From Atractiella rhizophila (Eukaryota): a stretch of 53,512 nt of DNA. The notes under the pieces were generated by a model. It did not search any database, was not told the origin of the DNA, and saw nothing but the letters and a program-made list of their open reading frames with translations. Shown here in pieces: positions 23,623 to 34,695 of the stretch. The DNA lies in NCBI GenBank assembly GCA_021432655.1, contig MU271389.1, positions 12,075 to 65,586 on the forward strand, in the 5' to 3' direction. Position 1 is the first letter of the stretch. The number at the start of each line of letters is the position of its first letter. A program made the position numbers and the translations under genes.

Positions 23623-26079
23623 TTAGAAGACATCTCTTTCTCCTCCACTCCTTCCTGGGGTAGCTTCTCTCTTGTTCTCCTCCGCCAACGCCGCGCTCCT
23701 TCCCCGCGAACTCTCCCCTCCACCAGTATAGATAGTTTGGTGATCCGGCGGTGTTCCAGCTTCCATAGTATCATCGATCCCCAACTGGTCCCTCATCCTC
23801 TGTAAGAGCTCTGGAACGAGAGTGTTTCCCTCTTCCACTGCTCCTCCTCCAACCCGAATTCCGAGTCCTGCACCAGGTACATAGTCATCTCCATCTTCGT
23901 CGTCGTCATCATTATTAGTAAAGACGTGCGTAGACAAATTCGAGTTCGACGGAACACGTTGATTTCCATTCACGCCAGTGGGCGGGATCGGGGATGTAGG
24001 AGAGCCATTGTCGAAAGTGACGGGGAAAATGGGAGCGACGCTCAAGCCTCCTGACGTCCCATTCCTCACACTTCCGGGCCGCGAGGCTCCTTCATTCCTG
24101 ATGCTCCCAGGCCTCGATCCCCGATTTCTACCCGTTATGGCGAAAGGCACAGAGTTTCCATTCGCGCCAGAGATAATGATAGAGGACCGTCTATTATCGA
24201 CTTCTTGATGGAATGCTTCTTCGTTGACGGGATCGATGGTGGGCATAGGAGGGATGGGGTGGCGAGGGAGCGGGTTGGATGTCGCCACAAGTGTTCCGGT
24301 GCCTGCTTCAGGGTCGAAGCTGGGCGACATCCCGCCATCTGGAGGGACTGAGGTGAGTGGACCGGCTTTATCGTCGTCATCTGTTGAGTGCTCTTCCTCT
24401 ACCGGTTCTGGGTCGATCTCTACGTCCGCGTCCAGGTTGGCAAAAGTCCGACAGAGGGGGACAGTTGAAGCCTGGATAATGGAGGTTGATCATTGGCCGT
24501 ATACACTATTTCCTAACTCAATCCATATTCCAATTGCAAAGGAGAGAAAGGGACCTTGAAATGTGTTGTATGACTGCAGGGTGCGATGAAGAGTGCTTGG
24601 CACACGGTGATGGGATATAAACCTTCACCCAGCGGAGCAAGGTTAAAACGAGGGAAGAAGGAATGGAGAAGACGAACAGATGCAGCAATCTGTCAGTTGT
24701 TCAGCTGGCTCGGCGGGTGCTGCCGCTTTCGAGGTTGCCGTCTTTGCAGGTGTGACCGAAAGGGCCCTCAGCTGCTTGAGTGCATTCGCACTATTCATCA
24801 GTGCTAATATCAGCATTTTAAACATTTAGAGAGAATGGAAACCATACTTGAAGGTATTGGGACCCTTTTGCCAATTCCTGCCAATCTCCACCCTAATCTT
24901 CACGCATCTATATTGCTCTTCCGTTCCTCCCTGGTAATCTACCCCAAGCTGGACCACATCCCCATCTCTCAAGCTGAATAATCTGCTCTCTAATCCCGGT
25001 CCACTCAGTCTAATATGATTGAGAAAAGTCCCAGAGCTAGAGCATGTATCCTTAATCTGGAACGTCACCCCTCCATCGGCGGCGGAAGAGATGAGGTGAA
25101 TCTCAGCGTGTGTGCGAGAAACGACTTTCGAGTGGAAGGCGACCTTTGTGGAAGTGAGGGCATCAGGACCTAACCCGCTATTTGGGTTGTTGGAATTTCG
25201 CTCTGTGAACCTGCCTATCTTCAAGCTAGAACCAGGGAGGAGTGCTCTCTCGATCGGCTCAAAGTGCAGGGAACGCGTAGACTCGAGGTGAGGCACGAGA
25301 CGGATGTGCGTCCGTTTGGGCGAATCCGCCCCGGATCCCGTGGAGGGACGATCACTCGTTTCCCCACTCCCGCTGTTGACGGTGGTGGAATGTTCGACTT
25401 GGGTGGTGGAGATTGCGGGGAGGGGAGAGAGGGAACCGTGTACTGCGGTGTGGGAGCGCTGATGGGTAGACGGCGTTCTTGGTGATGTCAATCTTGGAGA
25501 AGAAGTGGATGCCATGTCTGATTCGTTTGTGTTCGTTGTAGAGTTCGAGCTGTGATTAGGAGTTTGTTGCGCGGGTGGTTGAGAGGAAGATCGGCGCGCG
25601 CCCCTTCCGCTCGAGAATAGGTGATGGTGATGACCACTTGGAGAACCCGATCCGGCACCGATAGCAGAAGAATTATTCCTCTCACCCGAACCAGAACCAG
25701 AGCCTGATGCTTCTCCTGAGGCTTCTGCAATGTTTGAATGTCCACCAAAGCTCAATAGTCTCCTGCTTCCCTTTCTTCTCAGTCCAGGAAAATAGCTGCT
25801 CCGACCTTCTTCGGCGCCACCTGCCGTACCAACCGGCTGTGTGGAATTCGTTGGCGGTGAAGGCAGCGGGTCGTTAGACGCGGTCGTTGGCGATGGCGGG
25901 TTCCTGTCGTTCGCTTTGAGCGTGTTGCCCCTTGGACGACGTATGAGACCCCCAACGAGCGAGAGGGTGAATCTGTTAGAGTTAGGCGACGAGGGGCCGC
26001 CTGAGGCTGACAAGTTTGGAGAATTGGCTGAAGGGGAAGACGGTGGATTGGCAGGAGAAGTGGAAGTCGGTGATCCCAT
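23623..26079 (-). CDS. DMA1: FHA + RING-H2 E3 ubiquitin ligase, Dma1/Dma2 family
   Basis: FHA: LKIGRF..KVAFHSKVVSRTHAEI..IKDTCSSSGTFLN..GDVVQLGVDYQGG; RING: DCCIC..VCQALFIAPCSHTTHFK..PLCRTFANLDADVE. Confidence 0.93.
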
Positions 26080-26110
26080 CAGCCACGAGATTTATCGAAT
26101 CGTCGTTTCA

Positions 26111-26148
26111 AAGCCTGACTAACTCACAGCGTGATTAAGCCTGACTAA
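26111..26148. promoter_or_regulatory. 12-bp direct repeat AAGCCTGACTAA containing TGACTAA (AP-1/Yap-like) sites
   Basis: Copies at 26111-26122 and 26137-26148, in the divergent intergenic region between DMA1 and the Mid2-like gene. Confidence 0.35.
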
Positions 26149-26446
26149 GGTCCACTCACACCACGTGACCCATATCTGAAACGCTTCCGCTAAGGCTCAC
26201 TTTGGCTCAAACGACCATCTCCTTCAGGCGACTCGGAAGGCCTTCACGGGTTCAGTTCTCTCTCTCCAAGTGCGAACGACTCCACCACACTCTTTCCAAT
26301 CTCCCTCGTTTACCATACACAACCCACAAAAAATTACACAAACCCCTTATCCCCTTCCAGCCCACCGACTTCTCGCCCTCATTCGTTAGTTTACTCAATC
26401 ACGGTCATTCCAGAGATATAAGCGAACGAACGAACGAACGAAAAAG

Positions 26447-28944
26447 ATGGGAAAACACTCGCAAAATTACGGTTTCTTGGCCAGGAGGCAGCCTCAACCC
26501 ATCCCTCAAAGTCTCGCAGATCTGCTCTCTCCGGATGCGGCCGATGACAGCGGAAGCGGATCTACCAACAGTGAGTCCTTCGTTGACATTTTGTGGTATT
26601 TGGTCTTGGTGTTGCTATTATTATGGGTTGGGTGTCCTTTCGGTTATGCTGTGTGAGGCCGGTTTGGAGTTTCACTCCAGTTATCGAGCCGTATATATGT
26701 GTGTGATAATGAGGCTACCTCGAAGCCCTCATGTTTGATGTGAGGACGCTTGGGTAGTCCTGAAGCGAATGCAACCTGTGGAATGAGTGCCAAGTGCCAA
26801 ACTCCGCAAGCCTTTTTCAGCAATTCTGTTGCTGAGAGTGGAGTTGACACCTTTGGGAGGTGACTATCAAAGGACAATTTTCGAAAGCTTGGGTCCGTAC
26901 GTGCAAGGCATGACTGCTCAATTAGTCACTGTAATGGACGTCGACTTTTTCCTTTTAAACTGAAGCTGCTCGAGGTGAAAGTGACGCTGTGCCACGAACC
27001 ATCAGTGATCATTCTTCCCTCCGCGAAGCGAAGCGAACAAATCAACAGTTTTATTTCGGACATTGTTATTTTTTCGGTTCGCGGTAGCGGAGAGGTGATC
27101 TACAAGCTGAAACGAGTGCTTGGCATGAACGCCTTACGCTATGGCAATTCTCCCTCCATCTAAAATGGAGGAGTTGAAGCCATGAGTACTCACCAATGAA
27201 CGGATCGATATAGCAAACTCGAGAGCCAGCGCCGACGATTCAAGCTCAGGCGGACTACTTGACACTCTGGCGAATGGAGTCGCTAGTCTGGGTGGAGGAA
27301 ACAGCAATTCGGCAGCTGCTGCTGCTGCCGGGGATGATAATAGCAACGACGGTGGTCTGATTGGTGGCATCATAGGGGGTGGTGACACCACCAGTGGGAC
27401 CACAGGCGCCACGACGCAGGACACGGCAACACCTCCGACTGGCACCACACCATCTACGACCTCGAGTACCAGTTCGATCAGTCTCCCGAGCCCTAATGCC
27501 TCTGACTCGACGAGCACCACTGTGTCCACCAGCAGCGAGTCGTCGACTCAATCCACTACCAGTTCGTCCTCTACTCAGTCGTCGTCTACTACCTCTTCAA
27601 GGTCCGATAAGACGACCTCTACCCCCCCAGTGGTGCAGACTAGCACTCAGTTTGTGACGTCTAGCGGAACCACAAGCGGTGTGCTGGGCAGTCAAACTTC
27701 CGCTCCGGATTCGCATAGCAGCGGTGCGTTCTCTTTCTACGTCCTATCCCTTTTAAAATCGGCCTTTCTCACGCCTGATCCCTATAGGCCTTGGTACCGG
27801 TTCCATCATTGGTGCTGTCGCTGGAGTAATCGTCGGTCTTGTCGCCCTCTCTGCTATCGTCGCATACTTCTACAAGAAGAAGAACAAGGACTTCGACGAA
27901 CATGAAGACATCTTCAGGGACAACGGACACGATTGGGACCGTTCTGCTTTCAAGCGAGACTCCCAGCGTTTGGACGATGACGACCCATTCAACGGTTCCA
28001 ACTCTGGCGGTTCCCAGTACGGAGGACACAACAGGGACATGTCATATGCCAGCTCTGGAAGAGGACAAGGTGCCACGACACTCGCTAGAGCGAATACGGG
28101 AATGAGCAACTTTTCTTCTGGCAGCGGCAGAAGCATGGCTGCATACATGGGTGCCGGTAATCTCGCGAGGCAGAACACTACTCTCCCTGGTGCTCAACGT
28201 GGTCAAGGATTCGAAACCCCGAGACCTCCTTCCATGATCCATCGCCACGTCGTAAACAACAATGCGTTGGGACCGATGCCTTCTGTCAATTATGGGAACC
28301 AAGGAGGATACGGAGCGGCGAGGGGATATGGTGGAACCATGATGCAACAGCGCGGATTGGATAGGTCCAACACGGTCAATTCTCAGGGAAGCCAATACAG
28401 CGCTTATCAAGGTGGAATGGGAGGCGGATTCGGAAATCTCCAGAGAGAGAACAGCGTGTCTTCGAACTACAGCCAGCCTGCTCTGCCCCCTCTTGCCTTC
28501 GGTCGAACCTCCCCTACCCATGCGAATCCCTTCGCTGACAAACTCTCGATCCTCCACGAAGACGACAGTGAAGAAACTTTCTACGATCCTCAAGGTGGAT
28601 ACAGCTCTCGCAAAGGCTCTCCCATCAAGGAGAGGTTCCCGTCTCGCTCCGGAACCCCAGTCAATGCTAACCCTCAACAAGTTCACTATGGCATGGCTCG
28701 TGGTTCGGACAGCGCCTCCATCAACTACGTTGTCGCGGATCCCCAACATGATGGATACGAAGCCTCGATCCATGGTGGAAGCCAGAATGGCCACGCCGCG
28801 ACCGCGAGACATGGCGCCGGGTACGACTACGCTGGTGCGAAAGAGGACAGGGCCAAGAGGACTTTGAGCGTTAGGAATGGAGGGTTGGATGACGTCGACA
28901 AGCAAAGGCCCGTCAGCACTAGCGATGCATATGGAGGAATGTGA
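26447..28944 (+). CDS. Ser/Thr-rich single-pass membrane protein (Mid2/Wsc-like cell-surface sensor architecture)
   Basis: Exon 1 26447-26570, long intron 26571-27213, S/T-rich ectodomain, intron 27724-27787, TM SIIGAVAGVIVGLVALSAIVAYFY followed by KKKNK, Gly/Tyr-rich tail ending DAYGGM*. Confidence 0.72.
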
Positions 28945-29802
28945 GCTGTCCTCTAACGATGGATAAAGCTCTGCTTTGGTGGTCGGTTGTCGTTGCCGGT
29001 TTTATCGCTGCGTTCACGGTCTCAGATCTGTTCTCTCCCTCTACAGGACAGGGAAGAACCACTGTACAAATTGTTTCGATACAAAGAGTCTCGGTATCCC
29101 ATCTCTCTTGAATTTTTTGATCTAATTATTATCTTTCAACCTTCTGCCAACATGATATTCTCTTCGACCTTCAACTCGCCTGGAAATTATATTTCATTGT
29201 ATTTCTCAGGTGTCAGTGACACTTATCTCCCTCCCCTCCCCATACCCCTTCGACCCATTCCGTCTTTTTGCGTTTGATTTTCGCTGTTCACAAATATCGC
29301 TCCATTCGAAATATGCTCTCGCCTTTTTGATTGCATACCTCTCGAACCTGGCCTTTCCTTCCACGTCCAATATTCTCATGATATTGTGCTGCCGGTACTC
29401 TGATCAAATACATAGCAATGTCGACCTTATAAAATCTACCTACGTCCTCAGCACGCCCTTTGCTTCGTCTTATATGACTTCTTACCAGGGCTACTTGCTT
29501 CGCTAAGAAATGCTCACTCCGCGGCCAGCGTCTGCAACTTTTAGGAACAGTGAAGGCTTTTCGATGCTCTTTGATTCAGGAAAGTGAAGACAGTAGCAAA
29601 CAGTGACCTGAAAAAGCAAAGAAAACTAAAGAAAACAGGTAGCAAAGGAAATCGAAATTGAACGCAGCAGATATAATCATACGTTGTCGGAAAAGAAAAA
29701 ACCAGGATACTGATGATCTATGAGCTAGCAGTAAACATGGGCACCGCGATAAGAAGTGGGAAACGAGCAGCTGCGATCGTTAAACGTAGAGCGTGTTCAC
29801 GT

Positions 29803-30630
29803 TCACCATTGACTGTCTGAGAGTCTAAGTCTCCTGACAAGATGTTTATTTTTGCCGGCCTCAAACCCATACTGGCCTGCTAACCCTTATCACCTAAATG
29901 AAACTGGCTGAGATAAGGGTTGTACCAGCCATATAAACGTCGGTTTCGACACAGCCGTAGACGTAGCCTTCGGTATGGCTCTCCCAAGTCACTACAGAAT
30001 CTGTAAGCGCATGACGATAGAGTCACATTCCACGTACCCTGCCCAAATCTCCATTTGGTGAAGATGACCAGCGCGCCGTTGGTGAATGTAGCTATCCAGC
30101 GACCTTCGATTCGGTTGCCTTTTTGGCGGAGCGATTCAAGCCAAACAGGAAGATGCAACCGTCTTGCAAAGTCGAAATCAAGTATTTTGGGGATCCTGCG
30201 GCGTGATTTGTTATTCACTGGAAGGGTTGATTCAGCTGACGAACAATGCATAGAGAAGAACACCTCACTAGGTCCGCTTCTTGCCTCCAGCAAGGTAGTC
30301 GGCGAGTTGTCAATCACGACTTGGATATCAAGTTAGCTGGTTCTTGAGCCCGCAGAGGAACTCCTCACCTTCCCCAGATCTGAACTTCGTGAGCAATATG
30401 ACGTCTCCGTTGTCGCTTTTCTCTGTCCAGACCTTCTCAGGAGTAACTTGATTACGGTGATAGATAGCTTTCTCCCGGCCTAATTTTCGCATCAGAAGGC
30501 GCATCCTCTCCTTCTTCTTTTGTTGTGCTTTTAAGGCATCCTTCCTATCATCTTGCTCGTCGCCTGCTAAAATCCACTCAATAAAATTAAGGTGCGACAG
30601 CTGGCGTTGAAACTTGGTCCTTTCGGGCAT
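29803..30630 (-). CDS. Gene B copy 2 (intact): hypothetical ~210-aa protein, 5 exons, internal 24-aa repeat
   Basis: MPERTKFQRQLSHLNFIEWILAGDE...LLTKFRSGE|VVIDNSPTTLLEARSGP|MNNKSRRRIPKILDFDF...FTKWRFGQ|VTWESHTEGYVYGCVETDVYMA|GQYGFEAGKNKHLVRRLRLSDSQW*; four phase-1 GT-AG introns conserved with copy 1. Confidence 0.75.
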
Positions 30631-31156
30631 CTTAATCAGGTTTCAATTTCGAGCAAAGAAAAATGCGAGGAGCGTGAACAGAGAGCAATTGAAGACTGGG
30701 GTCGAGGCTGGGGTAATTATACAGTCTTACATAGTTTAAGACCAGTTGTCGTCCCGTTCCCGCTTTTCTCATGAAAAAGTGAAGCGGAAGCGGGAAGCAG
30801 CCCATATAAGGTGTCATCTCCTGATCATTTCCCAGTCTCCATAGCATGTTCGTGGACCTCGTACGTCTACTTCTCCCAAACGTCTCTCTCTCTCTTTCTT
30901 TAAGCATTGTCGGAGAAACTGTCGTCGAGCAGCAATCGAGGCTATAGATCCACTTCCTTCATCAAAGGTATTCCACGAGTAAGCTTCTCCCCCTCCTTCT
31001 GCAGACGAAATGCCAATGAACCTATACAGGGACGGATCGTTTACTTTTACCATCAGCCCGCACATTGGCTCCGTTCGTCTGTCCCCTTCTCTGGAGTACC
31101 CACCGGCTCATATGCTCATATAATGCTCTGTGTAGTCAAAGGATATAAACCATCGA

Positions 31157-31603
31157 ATGTCCAAGTCCTCTGACTCCGCCGCCAATTTCTTCGACAGGGG
31201 AAAGCATCGAGATTCAACGATATCATCTTCCTCGCCTCGTGGTGGGGACCGACTTTCCCTCCCGCCGACGCAATCCTTGCCGGATCTCCTCGAAACAAGT
31301 GAAGATGCGGCCGAAGTTAGGAAGATCGCCAAGGATAGGATCCAGAAACTGGAACGGAAACTGGTTGACGTCAAAAGAGAAAACGAACGTCTGAAGCGGG
31401 AAGCCAGTCAGCGATCTCTGCAACACGCCATCGTGGCCTGCGAACGGAAAAAGAAAAAGAATCGATCCAACAAGTGGTGGAGGATGTTGAAAATAACGGT
31501 GAAGAAGTGCTTTTGCATCGAAACAGATCTCAACCCTCTTTCTCCTCGCACCAAAGCTTTGCTCAGACAGGAGGCGGCAGAAAGAAAGAACCATAGCGAG
31601 TAA
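31157..31603 (+). CDS. Gene A copy 2 (intact): 148-aa coiled-coil protein with basic/aromatic KWWRML..CFC segment
   Basis: Open ORF; heptad region RIQKLERKLVDVKRENERLKREA; 3' part differs from copy 1 mainly at synonymous sites. Confidence 0.72.
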   Translation: MSKSSDSAANFFDRGKHRDSTISSSSPRGGDRLSLPPTQSLPDLLETSEDAAEVRKIAKDRIQKLERKLVDVKRENERLKREASQRSLQHAIVACERKKKKNRSNKWWRMLKITVKKCFCIETDLNPLSPRTKALLRQEAAERKNHSE

Positions 31604-32648
31604 TTGACGAGCATTCCTTTCCGCATGTAGTGCAAAATTGAAGTTTTGATTTCTTGGAATTCATGTGATTTACTTCTTGAAGCTTTCGCATCTGCGCTCC
31701 TGGCCACTCCGCTATTAACAACTCGAAAGCTATCACAACATTCTTAGCGGCATCTCTTTCGTAAGTAAACTCTCGGGAACCTAGAGACGAGTGGTGTTCT
31801 CATTTTTGAAAGGATATATCTTGCGACCACTCGGACTACTCTCAAGCGACACATTGCCAATGAGATGGACGTGACGCACAAGAGGAAAGGACACTTTGTT
31901 ACAAACACAAGTTGACAAAGCAGACAAACCGAACTGTGACAAGTCTGACCCAAGAGCTGCTCTGGAAAATCTGAGCTGAGCAGTGAGTTAGGGATCAAAG
32001 AGGATGCCTCTTGTATTGACAATGCTCAAATATAACACAATTTGACGCCGTAGCGACGTGAGGGCTCAGGGGAGCCAGAGTTAGACAACTACGCTGCAAC
32101 TCCCAAGGTCAAATTGCGCTTCTCTACCATTGACTGATCATTGTCATGGTGTGAAGAATTCAAAGGAACGATGCTGAACTCAAATTGTATTGAGCGTTAT
32201 TCAAGTGCTGGACCCAACGAAGGCAATTCCTCACCATGCAGGCCATATTACGACTCTCCCCCCTCCTCGCCACTCCTCATCGCTTTTAGTGCCTCTGTGT
32301 CAGGCAAACCCATAGTTCATCTCTAGTTTGGTTATCACTACGTAGTATAGCCACTTCTTCCCATGTAATTATTGGTGCCCACACGTAGCGATCAACAAGT
32401 AATGCTTTGACGTTCTTAACTCGTGTAGACTTCTGACGTTCGAGCAGTAGGCTGAGGCATTTGCTGCGATCCAGGTCTTACTGCGGCGTGAATGACTTTA
32501 GCTTGCTGCCTTAGGCGACGCTCCTCATCGTTCTGTTGCTGAACGTCATGCATTAACGATAGACATAATAACTCTGTCCTTTTCCACTTCATCAACCACG
32601 CTCTCCTCGTAGTCATAGAGTCCACTAGATACATAAATAACTTGAAGC

Positions 32649-34557
32649 TCACTAGATAAACTACATCAGTATCCATTCGATGTAAGAGGACGAGAAATGC
32701 AAAACGTACCAACTCGTCATGTCCTTCAACCTTTCCGTCGAAAACGATTTGCTCTCCCTTGTGATCCGTGGTTGCGTTTGGTACGGGGGTGATGTCATTC
32801 TTTGCGTGCCTCGAGAGGAACTCCACGAAGTCAGCCAAGTCCCGAGCACCGTCATAATCGATGAAATGATCGCTGCCTGCTGCCTTGAACTTGATGGTGG
32901 GGAAACCTTGGACTTTGAAGCCTGCAGAGGGAGGAATGTCGTTCGTCGTTCCATCAAGCTTGGAGATCAAGAGCTTGTCCTGCTCATCCGAAACATTCAG
33001 CATCTGTCAGAACAAGGGAACAGACTAAAAAACGCACGGAAACGGACGCATACTTCTCGGCGAGCGTCTCATAAGTAGGGGCAAGTTTCTTGCAATGTCC
33101 ACACCATGGCGCATAGACTTCGAGGAGAACATCCTTATCCTTTCCCTTTCCGAAAACTTCGTCGTCGAACGCATCTGCAACCATGACGTGGACAGGTCCC
33201 TCCTGAACCTTGGGAATGGGCTCAGACTTGATGGAAGGAGCAATCTTGCCAGCGAGGTAGTCGGAGACAAAGTCTTTGACAGATTTCGCGCTCAGAGTTG
33301 TGGACTGGGACATAGGGTACTTCAATCCCTCGGAGATGTCTTGAATCGCGAAGGAGGGCCAGTTAGTTTGGAGGAGGTTGAGTGATTTGGCGTGATCAAC
33401 GAACTACAAGTATGCAAAGGGTTACAATTTTGACATTAGGTAGAAGACATAATGAATTACTAACCTTAACAGCGTCAATGTAAACCAAGTTGAGTTTTCC
33501 TCTGAATTCCTGAGCCACGGGCCTGATCTCCTCCTTGATCTTCTTCAAGCCTTCAACATCTCCATTCGTATCTGCGAACACGTAGGCAAGCGGAATGCCT
33601 GCTTCTGCGTAGACAGCGAAGTTATCGGGCGAGATTTCATCGAAAACAGGCACAGATTTCTCCTTCAAGAAGGATGTCAAAGCATCAGAGTCGATTCCCT
33701 TCGCATAGCTAACCGCGTCCTTCTCTCCGTGGGCGACCTTGTAAACCACAACGCTAGGCTCGTCCGCATTCGCTCCCTCCTCAGTGGCGAGGGAAGGTGA
33801 GTCCACAACTTGACCGAACAGGTATTCGTCGCGGTGCAGGTTTGCGAGCGACTCGAACGCCTTTTTGTCCTCGGCGAAGGAAGGAGAAGAGGAAGAAAGG
33901 AATGCGACGACGACGACTTTGTCGGAGCTTGTGAAGCTTGAAAGATCGGTGGGGACAACATTGGACACTGGAGGAAGCGACTGCTTCTTCATGTATGAAA
34001 CGATGCCGTCTGTTTTCCGGGGTCCATTATAAGGGGTTGGGACTCCAGAGCGCATCACCTTCAGGGTACTGTATGTTCCAAGAGTCAATGTTTCAAGAAT
34101 CAATGGTTAGAAGAGGAGGGAGGAGCCACGGACGGATAGCCTTGAATACCATGCTCCTGGCACAATTCGGCTTGGTCGACACAGTCTACCTTGGCCAGTT
34201 TGATGCCTTGCTCCTTTAGGATGGTAGCCGCTTCTTCATACTACACCCGCGCACATAAATCATGAATTTGCTCGCTTGCAGGAAGAACAGCAAACACGAA
34301 CCTGAGGCGCAAGAGCTTTGCAATGACCACACCATGGGGCGAAGAACTCAAGAAGCATGAGGTCTTCCTTGTCAACGACCGAATGGAAATTGCTACATTT
34401 CATAAAGCAAGCATGCATCAGTGAGCTGATGACCCACAAACCATCTAACAAAGAAGCTGGCGCACCTCTTAACAACATCAATAACATCGCTTTTGACGAT
34501 ATCGTCGGCGACTGCCAAAGCAGCCAGAAGTGATAAGAAAGCTGAAGAGGGCTTCAT
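32649..34557 (-). CDS. PDI1: Protein disulfide isomerase
   Basis: Signal peptide [17 protein letters not shown], two APWCGHC active sites, GYP/GFPTIK, C-terminal HDEL. Confidence 0.97.
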
Positions 34558-34599
34558 GGTTGGAGAGAGCGGTTTGAGGGGAAATTGTCGGACGGAGGG

Positions 34600-34695
34600 T
34601 GTGGACGTTTTATTCCAACTTGAACGTGTCGACGTGTAACTTTATGCACGTCTGCTCAGTCAGCGCGTCCAGCGTGAGCACTTTTGCCACCACCC
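34600..34695. promoter_or_regulatory. UPRE-like bZIP site cluster upstream of PDI1
   Basis: ACGTG 34624, GACGTG 34631, CACGT 34647 and CAGCGTG 34670-34676 (yeast UPRE-1 core), all within ~120 nt of the PDI1 ATG. Confidence 0.5.

Larger units (their letters stand above)
29803..32045. repeat. Right arm of inverted segmental duplication
   Basis: Inverted counterpart of 20645-22895; ends approximate. Confidence 0.9.

Noticed and set aside
26423..26442. (CGAA)5 microsatellite before the ATG at 26447
   Set aside because: Ordinary short tandem repeat
20645..32045. Interpretation as a TIR transposon or mating-type (HD/PR) locus
   Set aside because: No transposase, target-site duplication, homeodomain, pheromone (CaaX) or STE3 motifs seen; the arms contain intron-bearing genes
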